Shown here piece by piece: positions 46,968 to 56,978 of a stretch of DNA of 64,000 bases (its first letter is position 1; each line of letters opens with the position of its first letter). Position numbers and translations under genes: made by a program. Under the pieces are notes generated by a model. It ran no database searches. It worked only from the letters and a program-made list of their open reading frames with translations, and was not told the origin of the DNA. This stretch comes from Schizochytrium sp. TIO01 (taxonomy: Eukaryota; Protista; Bigyra: Labyrinthulomycetes), in contig SMSO01000037.1 in NCBI GenBank assembly GCA_004764695.1, positions 4,378,747 through 4,442,746 of the forward strand, read 5' to 3'.

Positions 46968-49934
46968 ATGGAGCTTTTTTACGGAATTCAATTACCTTCG
47001 CAAACCTCGAACTTGAGGTCTAGCGCGAGGACAGGGACCTCACGTACAGCAACGATGGGTCGAGGCTCGCAGCGCAGGCGACGGAGCCCCCGTTCAGTCG
47101 GCTCTCGTGGGCTCTGCAGCAGAGATGCTTCATATGTCAGCCATGACGATGATGGCGGTGATGCTCTCGTGGAGGGCGTCCAGGTGCGGCTCATTGGCGC
47201 TTCTGGATTAAAGTCCGCTCGTGATGCAGGCCCCCTCGACGCTTACGCAGTTGTGCGTATCGGCAGACTTTCAGAACATAAGAGTCGCATTTGCTTTGGA
47301 GCCGTAGATCCCAAATGGGATGAGGACTTCTTCTTAGCAGCCCCCAAAAGCACCGCGATCCCGCTTTCTGTGGAAATCCGCAGTATGGACATCGTATCCA
47401 GCGAGAGTCTGGGACGTGGTAGTATTGACTTTTCTTGGCTTGATGAAAACCAGGGGCTTGTGGACATCACCCTCAAGCTTGACCCGCCTACCACCAGGAC
47501 AGCAAACATCGCCAAGATCAGTTTCGATGAAACACAATCGTCAAACCAAAGGCCACGAGGTGTATCAGGGGAACTGGATCTTCCTGGCGCAGCAACAGGG
47601 TCTGCAGGAGAGGTTCGGTTACAGCTCCGACGTGAGGTGTGCCGGGCTCGAGAGCTCGATGATTTGGCGTTAGGCGCAGATTGGGTTCCTGCACGTCATC
47701 GACAACGAACGGTGGTTGTGGAGCTCATCAAAGGTCGCAAGCTCATTCCAAGAGACGATAACGGGTTTTCTGATGCGTATGTACGTCTGCGGTTGGCAGG
47801 ATCTACACAACAGTCACGTGTTGTGTCGCGATCTTTACATCCCAAGTGGCGAGAACGATTTGAGTTTTGCTTTACAGAGCGCCGCGACCCCGCGCACCTA
47901 ACCCTGAATCTAGAGGTGTGGGACCGTGACATGCTCTCGCGAGATGACCCAATGGGAACAGCAACTCTAGATCTTTCAAAACTGCCGGAGAACATCGTCA
48001 ATGAATGTTGGGTCGACGTCTCTCTTGATGATAAGCCTGCAGGAGCTCTTCATATACTTGTGACCATCATGGATTGTGATGAAGACCTCGTCCTCTCAAA
48101 GGACCAACGCAAACTTTCTGTTGGATCGTTGCGGGTACATGTTATCCGGGCGCGTAACCTGATGGCTGCAGATAGTAATGGTCGCAGCGATCCATTCTGT
48201 GAACTTAGCCTCGGCAATGCAAGACTCCGTACTCCAGTGGAGCCCAAAACTCTTGAACCTGTCTGGGACAGACTTGTGGAGCTTCCAGTAAGCGACATTT
48301 TTGCTTGCCTTGATCTTACAGTATGGGATTATGATCCAGATAGCCGCCCTGAGCCTCTTGGGGCGGTTCGAATTCCTCTACAAAGGATAATCGATAATGA
48401 ACCTGTGTGGTTCCCGTTGAAGACCATGGACCTTACGGGCAGAGCCAAGGGGGAGGTTTTATTAGCCATGCGTCTAGAATACAACCCGATTTCAGCGCTT
48501 TTGGCACTTCGTTTGAGCCGAGAACGCAACCACATGGAAAGACTTCCGGCATTCTCGCCAAGCCGTCTTCGTAATGCACTCAATCGTCTCATGCCCATAT
48601 CAACTCTTGCACTGCAAACATACATTTACTGTTTTGGAATTTTAACATGGAAATATGGAGCCTTAGCTTCGATGGGTGGCATTGGAGCCTGGACGGCAAT
48701 CTGCCTTTGGTTCCGCCCGTTCATGGTACCCCTGGTCCTCTTGGTACTGCTTATTTATAACTACTTCTATGATTATCAGGGAAACCATGTTCATATCAAT
48801 TCCGACGGTCTTCTTGAGACCCGCTTTCAGGATGAAGATACTGACGCTCTCATCCAGCAAACCATGGATACCTTTGGACTTGAAGAAGATTTTGACGCTA
48901 ATGAGGCTTTGCGGGCAACAGCGGAACCTCGAAATGATCGTTTGGATGGAGAAACCCGGCAACCTGACAAAGAGGCCTTGACTTCAGAATCTATTGAATT
49001 CGCGGCATCTGCAGCTGATTCGTCAAAGCAGCAAACGCAAAATTATAATAACTCAAATGAACCAAGTCTTGGACAATCTCGTCCTAGTCTTTTGCCCTCA
49101 ACGGAAAGTCTCAGCTCGATTCCAGAAGATTACATCTTTGATGAAGACGACTCATACTCTGACATAGACGACCAGCACCATAGGAACCAGCAAAAACCAA
49201 TCAAAGACGAAAAATATAAAGAAGGTCGTACTCGTCAAGAGAGATCTGCCGATGAAGGGCGTCTTGCACGATCACAATTTTTGCAGCGACAGGTTCGTTC
49301 TTGGGTACAATTTGGATACAGTGTGGTGAAAAAGTCGTACTTAGTGGCTATGGCACAGGACTCTTTCGTAGGAGATGCTATACGCGAGCTGATTGCGACT
49401 CATGCCCCCAAGCTTTTGCTGTTACAGGATGATTACGTTCTAAACCAACCGTTTCTAGAACAACTTCGAATTTTAAGTCGCCTAGGAAAACAGTTTCAAG
49501 ATCAACTAGAGTTTGTTGCATCATCGGCAGAGCGGATAAAAAACCTTTCCAACTGGACAGTACCGATGCTAACAGCTCTTGTAGCCACAATTTTATTCCT
49601 CACCACAATTGCTCTACTTGCCTTGCCATGGAACATTTGCCTCCTACTGTTTGGTTATGGTGGATTTGTCGATACATGGATTACCCGCTATGTGCAAAAG
49701 GATCCGTATTGGATTTCCCGTTCTCGCGTACTAGAGTTTCTGTCACGTGTCCCATCTGATGTGGACAAAGCTAAGTGTACTCAATTTCGATCCCTTATGA
49801 GGAGTGCCCCTCCCCCGCCTTCAATGAAATTAAAGAGGCACTATTCTGAGGATCTTCGAGCTCGCCTGAGTGATCTAGGTGAACGCTTCATGCATATTAA
49901 TAGGTATGGTGCCCGGCGCCTTGCCACAAAGTAA
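46968..49934 (+). CDS. MCTP: Multiple C2 and transmembrane domain protein (3 C2 + PRT_C)
   Basis: C2 motifs (DPKWDEDF; DDNGFSDAYV…PKWRERF…VWDRD…DDPMG; AADSNGRSDPFC…KTLEPVWD…VWDYD); C-terminal TM hairpins, AERIKNLSNWTVP, EFLSRVPSD. Start may be the ATG at 47055. Confidence 0.88.
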   Translation: MELFYGIQLPSQTSNLRSSARTGTSRTATMGRGSQRRRRSPRSVGSRGLCSRDASYVSHDDDGGDALVEGVQVRLIGASGLKSARDAGPLDAYAVVRIGRLSEHKSRICFGAVDPKWDEDFFLAAPKSTAIPLSVEIRSMDIVSSESLGRGSIDFSWLDENQGLVDITLKLDPPTTRTANIAKISFDETQSSNQRPRGVSGELDLPGAATGSAGEVRLQLRREVCRARELDDLALGADWVPARHRQRTVVVELIKGRKLIPRDDNGFSDAYVRLRLAGSTQQSRVVSRSLHPKWRERFEFCFTERRDPAHLTLNLEVWDRDMLSRDDPMGTATLDLSKLPENIVNECWVDVSLDDKPAGALHILVTIMDCDEDLVLSKDQRKLSVGSLRVHVIRARNLMAADSNGRSDPFCELSLGNARLRTPVEPKTLEPVWDRLVELPVSDIFACLDLTVWDYDPDSRPEPLGAVRIPLQRIIDNEPVWFPLKTMDLTGRAKGEVLLAMRLEYNPISALLALRLSRERNHMERLPAFSPSRLRNALNRLMPISTLALQTYIYCFGILTWKYGALASMGGIGAWTAICLWFRPFMVPLVLLVLLIYNYFYDYQGNHVHINSDGLLETRFQDEDTDALIQQTMDTFGLEEDFDANEALRATAEPRNDRLDGETRQPDKEALTSESIEFAASAADSSKQQTQNYNNSNEPSLGQSRPSLLPSTESLSSIPEDYIFDEDDSYSDIDDQHHRNQQKPIKDEKYKEGRTRQERSADEGRLARSQFLQRQVRSWVQFGYSVVKKSYLVAMAQDSFVGDAIRELIATHAPKLLLLQDDYVLNQPFLEQLRILSRLGKQFQDQLEFVASSAERIKNLSNWTVPMLTALVATILFLTTIALLALPWNICLLLFGYGGFVDTWITRYVQKDPYWISRSRVLEFLSRVPSDVDKAKCTQFRSLMRSAPPPPSMKLKRHYSEDLRARLSDLGERFMHINRYGARRLATK

Positions 49935-50255
49935 ACTAGCCCTCTTCTTATAAAATCTATTATTGTATAACGTAAAATTTGTATCTGAATTAATGTATAC
50001 GACTCTTTGTTTCCTAAGGTGTCTTGAATACAGCTGATTGTTTATGCCCCATCAGGGCATGTATCACTTGCTGTCATCGAATATGCAACATGAGTAAAGC
50101 AGAAAGGAACTTTGCAAACTACAAAAACTCATTCGTGCTAGTTGTTTCATTTTTTTTTAAGTCAGGAAAGTGGAGCTATTAGAACGTGGACAATGCTACA
50201 GATTCCTTGGTAGGCGTTAGTAAGTCCGCGTAAAAGTTTTAGAAGGAATTTCAAG

Positions 50256-51398
50256 TTATGCCTTCTTTGCAGCATCGCGTTCATCATCGGAAGCATCTTC
50301 AGGCTGAGGATCAAGTTCAATACGCAAAGTAGATGGGCCTACCTCGGCCGTGACATCTATACCAAGCTCAGCAGCAGCACTAGCTTCCGCCTCGACCTCA
50401 GCTTCCGCCTCTGCAGCAGCAGCAACAGCAGCTTCGCTTTCGTCATCAGAGTCTGGGTTGTCGATGAAGCGTTGAATGAGATCTTCAGTTGCAGGGGTAT
50501 CCTTGACGCCATCTAGAGCATTGAGTATGCTTGTGATCTCACCAATCGTATAAAGTTTTTGCAGGAGAGAAGGTAAGATGCCAGCGAAGCGCATATGGCT
50601 CACAACTGTTATTTGGGATCCTGGGACCTTTGAAACCGAGCCAAAAAAGGACTTAACCTCTACTTCTTGAGGCTTGATTTGCATTCCAAAAAGAATTCTT
50701 TGCGCTCGGACAGCGCCTGGTACAATGTTTTTGGGCAAAGTGTTCTCCACAGACTTGATCGCTAGGGTAATAACGCCGTCTTTATCCTCAGTCCAAGTTT
50801 GGAACAGGGCAAAGTCACGGTTCGCGACGATGGAAGAACCAAACCGTTTAACTGAATGTATAATTGAGGCTTGGCCGCCCCGATATGTGTAATGTTCTCG
50901 CATGTACATGAGGGAAGAATCGACGAGGCCAGCTTGGTCTGCACGGATTTGGCTAAGGAGAATCAAGCGTGGCGTAGCCGCAAGCGTTCTTTCTGCACGA
51001 AGGAGTGGTAAGCCCTTTTGATCTGTGGGTTGATGCCATGCCAAAGTTGCACTTGACTTTGTAAAGGGCGTATCAAAGTCGCTTGAAGGAGCATTTACAG
51101 CTTCCTTGACCTCCTCAAGTGCCTGTTGGACGAGTGCGGACCACTCTAGCTGTGTTCCATCACAAAGTTGTAAATTGTTCGGCACCCTGCTAGCCTTCTC
51201 CCAAAAGTTATACCATCTTCTGCTGGAGACCAGTTGTGCATGTTGCGCGGCAATCCTGATCTTTTCCTGCCCAGGTTTCGCATAAACGTTAGCATGCTTG
51301 GCGGCTTCAGCCTGAGCGAGCTCCAAGTTCTTTTTGGCCGCGTAAAGGGATTTGCGTCTTTCCGCTACCTCTTCCGTCGCAGATTGTGACCAGAACAT
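50256..51398 (-). CDS. START/SRPBCC lipid-binding domain protein
   Basis: VANRDFALFQTW…LAIKSV…GAVRAQRILFGMQIKP…ITVVSHMRFAGILP pattern; acidic tail. Confidence 0.75.
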   Translation of the reverse strand: MFWSQSATEEVAERRKSLYAAKKNLELAQAEAAKHANVYAKPGQEKIRIAAQHAQLVSSRRWYNFWEKASRVPNNLQLCDGTQLEWSALVQQALEEVKEAVNAPSSDFDTPFTKSSATLAWHQPTDQKGLPLLRAERTLAATPRLILLSQIRADQAGLVDSSLMYMREHYTYRGGQASIIHSVKRFGSSIVANRDFALFQTWTEDKDGVITLAIKSVENTLPKNIVPGAVRAQRILFGMQIKPQEVEVKSFFGSVSKVPGSQITVVSHMRFAGILPSLLQKLYTIGEITSILNALDGVKDTPATEDLIQRFIDNPDSDDESEAAVAAAAEAEAEVEAEASAAAELGIDVTAEVGPSTLRIELDPQPEDASDDERDAAKKA

Positions 51399-52882
51399 GT
51401 TCCTCGTGGTCTCCTCCCAGCGAACGCGATATTAGCCTCTTTTTTACCAGCTGGGTATTTGCTGTGGCCTCTGCGCAGTAGGTACCTACCTCCCTGCGCA
51501 ATTCCTGCTTTACAAGCTTCACTCCCTGATTCCCATCATAAATATTTTAATGAAAAGAGCACATACACTACCACTACCTATAGGAAGCCTAGCATTTCAT
51601 TTTACAAAAAAACTAGTGATCAGAATCAGCACATACTTCTACTGGTCTACCTAGTGCTAACTACTTGATACCTACTAAGAATATATCGATGATTGCTTTC
51701 ATGCACGTGCCGGCGTTCGACAAGTGCCGTGTTCGATCTGCTCGTACGAAGCGATTTGGGGAATCGTGATACAGACAGAGAGCCTATTCAGGGCTAGTTT
51801 GCAGAAGGTCGGTGGCTAGTAGAGACTTAGAAAGAGGGCTTGCCAAGTTTGTTATTGAAGCACATCATCCTAGTGGGAGTGCCATTCATAGTCAAAACAA
51901 AGTGCGCACTGTGGATTGATTGCATAAAGATACCCAAAACAGGAGCTCAGAAACCTGAAAGTGCCACTTTGGAGAGGCAGTACGTAGGTACCTGTCTGTC
52001 TGAAATAAATTACAACGTGATCTGCCTCGGCTCTCAATATCTTTTGGTTGAAATGGTGAGGTAGTAACAATGTTGGAGCAGGATCTTCCAGGGAGGTGAT
52101 AAGCGCTCTTTAAGCACTGTTAGCCGTTCGAGATCAACGAGAAAAGGGCGAGTGACAGTTGGCCTAGCAGGGAGTCAGGATCAAGAAATTTGCTTGGTTG
52201 GGAGTATCTCAAACAAATTCAAGATGAGGGATGAGTAATAATGTTAGCCACAGTAGCTTTCTATAGACACAACATACATCTCAAGAAACTCTTCGATTTG
52301 TCATGAAATCGAGTTAATCAGGAGTTCAAAGGGTCATCAAGAGGGTTCGTGACAGTGAGGAGTAAGTAAGAAACAATCATGAAAGCTAGGATGTGAAGGC
52401 CAGCGTACCATAAGACGGCTACTCCTTCGTTTATTTAGTCTTCGAGAGCAGCCAGGCCAGATGGTGTGGTCGTCTTTGCAAGGCTGTTACATGAGAATTA
52501 GGAATTCAAGAGGGCTGCGGGCAATCAAGCAGGCAAGTAAACATGGGGAGAGAGGCAAGGTTGAGGTATGCCATCACCCGTTACTGATGTTGGTTGCAGT
52601 CGTTGCAGCTTCTACATTGAGTGTGAATGTCATTTTTGACTAGTGTACTAGAAACGGTTCTTCGTGAAACACTTCAGGTATAGGGGAGTGCACAAGTCCG
52701 CAGGTAGCCCAAGGGGATGACTGTTCAGCGCTACTCTGTTATCGCTTTTTCTTGCTCAATATTCTTGGCTGTGTCAAGTTTTTTCTTATCTCTGGGTCGA
52801 CCCAGCAGGGAGCAGGGTCATGAAATGGATACTTTGTCAAGATCACAAGCCCGGACGCTACTATGCTGATATGCACAGGTAA

Positions 52883-54028
52883 TCATGCATGGCCTCTGTT
52901 GTAGGAGGAATCAATGTCTTCAAGGCGCCACGCTACTGCATCAGTGACTTCATTCCAAAGATAAAACCGTCCAGTAGCTTCATCAAGAACCTCAATCCAC
53001 TCAGAGCTGGGTAACGGTCGGAGTTCATGAGCTGGAGGAGGAGGAGCAGGCTGTTTAGGCCGCTCCCATTGGGACCGACGGCTAACCGGGTCCCAGTAGA
53101 ATATGCTTTGTGAGTTTGGGTCAACTTGCGCTGTCCAGCGCCCCACCCTGGTTCCAGGGCGATCAACCGGGTACACTGGTTGTGTAGTTTGTTGTTGCTG
53201 CTGCTGATGGTGTTGTTGGTCATGGCTCGGTGTGCTATATGCATTGTGGGTTTGGTTTTGGCTTCCATCGCCATAGCCATTGTTATGATTGCTTGGGTTG
53301 TAGCTAATGTCCCGACTAGCTGTAGCATGGTCTGAAGCGTGTTTCGCATCATCATACCGCCCATACGAATTCGACGAATCTTGGTTGATTGATCGATGAC
53401 TATGGCTATGATCATCGTATCCTCTGGAGCTGTTAATTTTGCTGCTACTGTTGTTGTTATCAGCCGAGGAGCTGCCTTGGCTGTTCGAGTACCCATTATG
53501 ATCGCGTCCACTATAAGAGGACCCACGATCATGGATTGGGGCTTTTTCGCGTGAATAATCGCGAGAGCGGTCCCCATGATCATCACGATAGTCTCTCGAA
53601 GATGAATCTCGTCGATATCCTGCCCCGCGGTCTGTACCGTGCGAATCACCATAGGCCCCAGAGTACGAAGAAGCAGTCGAGCTACTCGGGTCTGCAGCAG
53701 CATAAGGACCACCGGTAGGGGGGGCACTAGTAGTTGTAGAAGAAGCATCTCCATCGTAGCTTTGGGGAGGTACGTATTGCTGATCTGCGGAGCCCTGAGA
53801 GCTTGAAGGCCCACCTGGACCTTGATTTTTCATCCACGCGGGCATCACCATGGACCTCCCCCGGCCACGACCCCCAGAATCTCCATTTCCATTTATATCT
53901 CCTCCTCGAGAATCACGAGAATCGCGTCGTCCTCCTCCTCGGCCTTGCCACCCTCCTCCGCCTCGGCCTCGAGCTCCGCCTCGCCACTCATTTCCCCTTG
54001 TACGTTTCCTGGGATTGCCAGCGTCCAT
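52883..54028 (-). CDS. Low-complexity RGG-rich protein with two C-terminal WW domains
   Basis: First ATG at 54028; WTAQVDPNSQSIFYWDPVSRRSQWERP and WIEVLDEATGRFYLWNEVTDAVAW; RGG boxes at the N-terminus. Confidence 0.85.
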   Translation of the reverse strand: MDAGNPRKRTRGNEWRGGARGRGGGGWQGRGGGRRDSRDSRGGDINGNGDSGGRGRGRSMVMPAWMKNQGPGGPSSSQGSADQQYVPPQSYDGDASSTTTSAPPTGGPYAAADPSSSTASSYSGAYGDSHGTDRGAGYRRDSSSRDYRDDHGDRSRDYSREKAPIHDRGSSYSGRDHNGYSNSQGSSSADNNNSSSKINSSRGYDDHSHSHRSINQDSSNSYGRYDDAKHASDHATASRDISYNPSNHNNGYGDGSQNQTHNAYSTPSHDQQHHQQQQQQTTQPVYPVDRPGTRVGRWTAQVDPNSQSIFYWDPVSRRSQWERPKQPAPPPPAHELRPLPSSEWIEVLDEATGRFYLWNEVTDAVAWRLEDIDSSYNRGHA

Positions 54029-54950
54029 ATTGAAACCCGCACGTGCTTGCAATCGTTGAAACTGGTTTACTAATACAGCAAGTCCAATGGCTTTACAAGT
54101 TTTCTTGTATCAAAGTAGTGGAATCTCAAGACCGATTTACCTAAGACAGAATTCCTAGGAAATCCCACAAACCAAAATTTTCTGATGTTGATCTTCTCAA
54201 TCCTTCGATAAGCCAAGTACGATCAGAAATAAGAGTCTTCTGCTGCTCCTCTGGGACAACCAGAACAATCAGATGGGTACTATTTTCCCTCACGTGCGTT
54301 TAGAGGCTAACGCTTCGGTGGCAGTTGGTCTCAATCTGAGGGTGATGGCTCGCCACGATTTGATCTTCGCCACGAAGTCCCTAGCTTGGTTTCTCAGTTC
54401 GGCCACGAACTCTTCAGCACAAGTAAGGCTCGTCCCAAAGCCCCACCTACAGCTGGCGACGACCGGCAAACCCTCACAGCAATCTGCTGTTGATACTTGT
54501 TCGTTTGTCTCTTCTGTTTCTCTCTCGTTGTCGCTGTGGAACAAATCGTCGTTGTTTAAGTTGTTGGTTTTTTATTACTGTGTAGTGAGGAAATTATATA
54601 CCATATCGTTTGGGGTATTAATAGTCCTATACCGCGCTTTAAGAAGTAAGAAATGGGAAAATTAATCGTTCATCCACACAAAACCAGGCTTTCATTAAAT
54701 AGGGTAATATGGAATAGTTTACCCATTTTGCATCGAGACTCGACTGGTCAGCAGGAGCTCTTCGTGGACACGGACCCCCGAAACTCGTAGAGACAGACTC
54801 TGAAGGAGACATCGTTATCCGCTTGGGCTAGCGGTGGGTGACGTGTCGAGGTAGCTTTGGTCTGGCGAGGTGCAGATCAAGTTAGTTTTCTTTTCGTGGA
54901 CAAGGCAAAGGCAGGGTCGTTGAATTGAGTCAACTTGAAAGATCTCCACG

Positions 54951-55502
54951 ATGCGGGAACTCAAGTACCATGAGAAGAAGCTCCTGCGCAAGGTTGACCT
55001 GCTGCAGTACCGTCGCGAGAACTCGCTTCGGGAAATGCAGGTCATGCGCAGATACCATGTTCAACGTCGTGATGATTACATGAAGTACAACAAGATGGTT
55101 GGTGATGTCGGTCGTCTCTCGGCTCGTCTCCGCAAGCTCGATTCCGCTGACCCTTTCCGTATCAAGATGACTGAACAGCTTTTGGACAAGCTGTACAAAA
55201 TGGGTCTCATCACTCGCAAGAAGAATCTCGAGCTTGCGGAAAAGATCACTGTGTCTGCGTTCTGCAGACGGCGGCTTCCCGTTGTTCTTGTGCGTCTCAA
55301 GTTCGCTGAGTCTGTGAAGGAGGCCACTACTTTCGTTGAACAAGGCCAGCTGCGCGTAGGACCCGAAGTTGTCACAGACCCTGCATTTTTGGTTACTCGC
55401 AATATGGAGGACTACATTACTTGGGTTGACTCATCCAAGATTCGCCGTGCTGTGGCCCGTTACAACGACAAGCTTGACGACTACGAGCTCTTGCAGGAGT
55501 AA
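54951..55502 (+). CDS. IMP3: U3 snoRNP protein Imp3 (S4-like)
   Basis: MRELKYHEKKLLRKVD…FCRRRLPVV…FVEQGQLRVGPEVVTDPAFLVTRNMEDYITWVDSSKI…DDY; 183 aa. Confidence 0.97.
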   Translation: MRELKYHEKKLLRKVDLLQYRRENSLREMQVMRRYHVQRRDDYMKYNKMVGDVGRLSARLRKLDSADPFRIKMTEQLLDKLYKMGLITRKKNLELAEKITVSAFCRRRLPVVLVRLKFAESVKEATTFVEQGQLRVGPEVVTDPAFLVTRNMEDYITWVDSSKIRRAVARYNDKLDDYELLQE

Positions 55503-56978
55503 GCTGCTGCTTCGCATTACTGCAGTCATTCATGCTGCTCATGATCTTATCGTTTTAGTACGATAGTAAACCCTCAAGCAACAACCCAAACCACTTGCAG
55601 ATACTTTCTGCGCAAACTGCCTTGAGGTCATCTTCATCGAGGTCTATCATGAATCGCGCAGAAGCTCGATTCATTTCTTCGATGGGCTTGGTGGCCTCAA
55701 TCACACAAAACTCAGGTACCCGTACGATATCTAGCTTTTCTCTACCTCGCACCTGGTTTCACTTGTGGCGATATATAGTTTCTCGTACATTCCTGACTTT
55801 CTCGCAACAGCAACGTCTCATTATCGCATCTACACGTTCTCTCGTCCTCCTCCTCCTATAACTAGCAGCACCATCAGCATCAACAACCACCACAACAGCA
55901 AACCATGAACTGGTAGTCGCCAATTCCACGCCCCAATTCTTTTCCCTTTTCTCCCCAAAACCTTACAACAAAAACCTTACCCCAAGCTGGAAGCATGCGG
56001 AGATGACTTCATCTCGAAGCTTTCTTCAGCCTGGCCAGATTCACTCTCTTTGACCAAAACGGTGACAGACAGAACTGACTGAGTTTTTCTACGCGCTTCT
56101 ACTAAGGGGACCGGCGCCCCTTCTACGGGTCGGCGCCAGTTCTTTCGCGAACATTTTTTTCTAGTTTCGGTGATACTTTAGTTCCGGTGTACCCCCCGGA
56201 GTAACCATGTAATTATTTTGGACACCGATGCATCTTCCGTTGATCTTCCGTTAAAAGGTGCATGTTTGGATTTTATAAAAAAACGTTGCCAACGTGGCAT
56301 TCACCGTAAGGGGCACCACTCTTCGTGCTGCACGGCGCGTTGAAAAACCCTCCCTCCTCGCGCGTGAAAACCTTAAGAACCCACCCGCTCAACCGAAAAG
56401 CTGTCCACACGCAACGTTATGCTGGACCGGACCTCCTTCGAGAGCGTCCTGCGGTCCTCGGAGAAGGAAGACGAACCTTGAAATGTCCAATGCCGAAGGA
56501 AGATCATCTATTCTGCGGAGTAAGAGGATTTGGCCCAGTACGATCCCGCGTGGATGGCCCTATGGTGTGTCTAGTATAAATAATAAGAGTGGGTGGGGCC
56601 CCATTTTTATTTGGTTAAAATTCTCTAGCTAGGTTAAAAAAATAGATATAAATAAGAGATTAAAATTTACTAGGACTCGCGATAGGCTACCGGATAGAGA
56701 TAACCGTAGGAGTAGAGATAGAAGTTCTTCTTTCCAGAGAGAAAAAGTGGCAATTTCATCTTTTCGATTTCGATTTCGAATCGATCGATCAATCAAATCG
56801 AAGGCTGCCTCCAGCAGACCCGAAACCAGTAGACGGCTTTGAATATCGGACTTGCGGCGAGCGACCCGCCTAGCTGTCGGTTAGTTTTCTCGCTGACTGA
56901 CTGGCTTGGCACGCAGGCTTACTTACTCTCGCAGTGCTAGACGGTTTGTCTGAGGCTGCAGGCGGTTAACCTGTCAAA

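Noticed and set aside
52933-53814. 293-aa alternative-frame ORF overlapping the WW gene
   Set aside because: M/I/T-rich shadow frame expected from the D/Y/H/N/S codons of the real gene; GTG start, no domain
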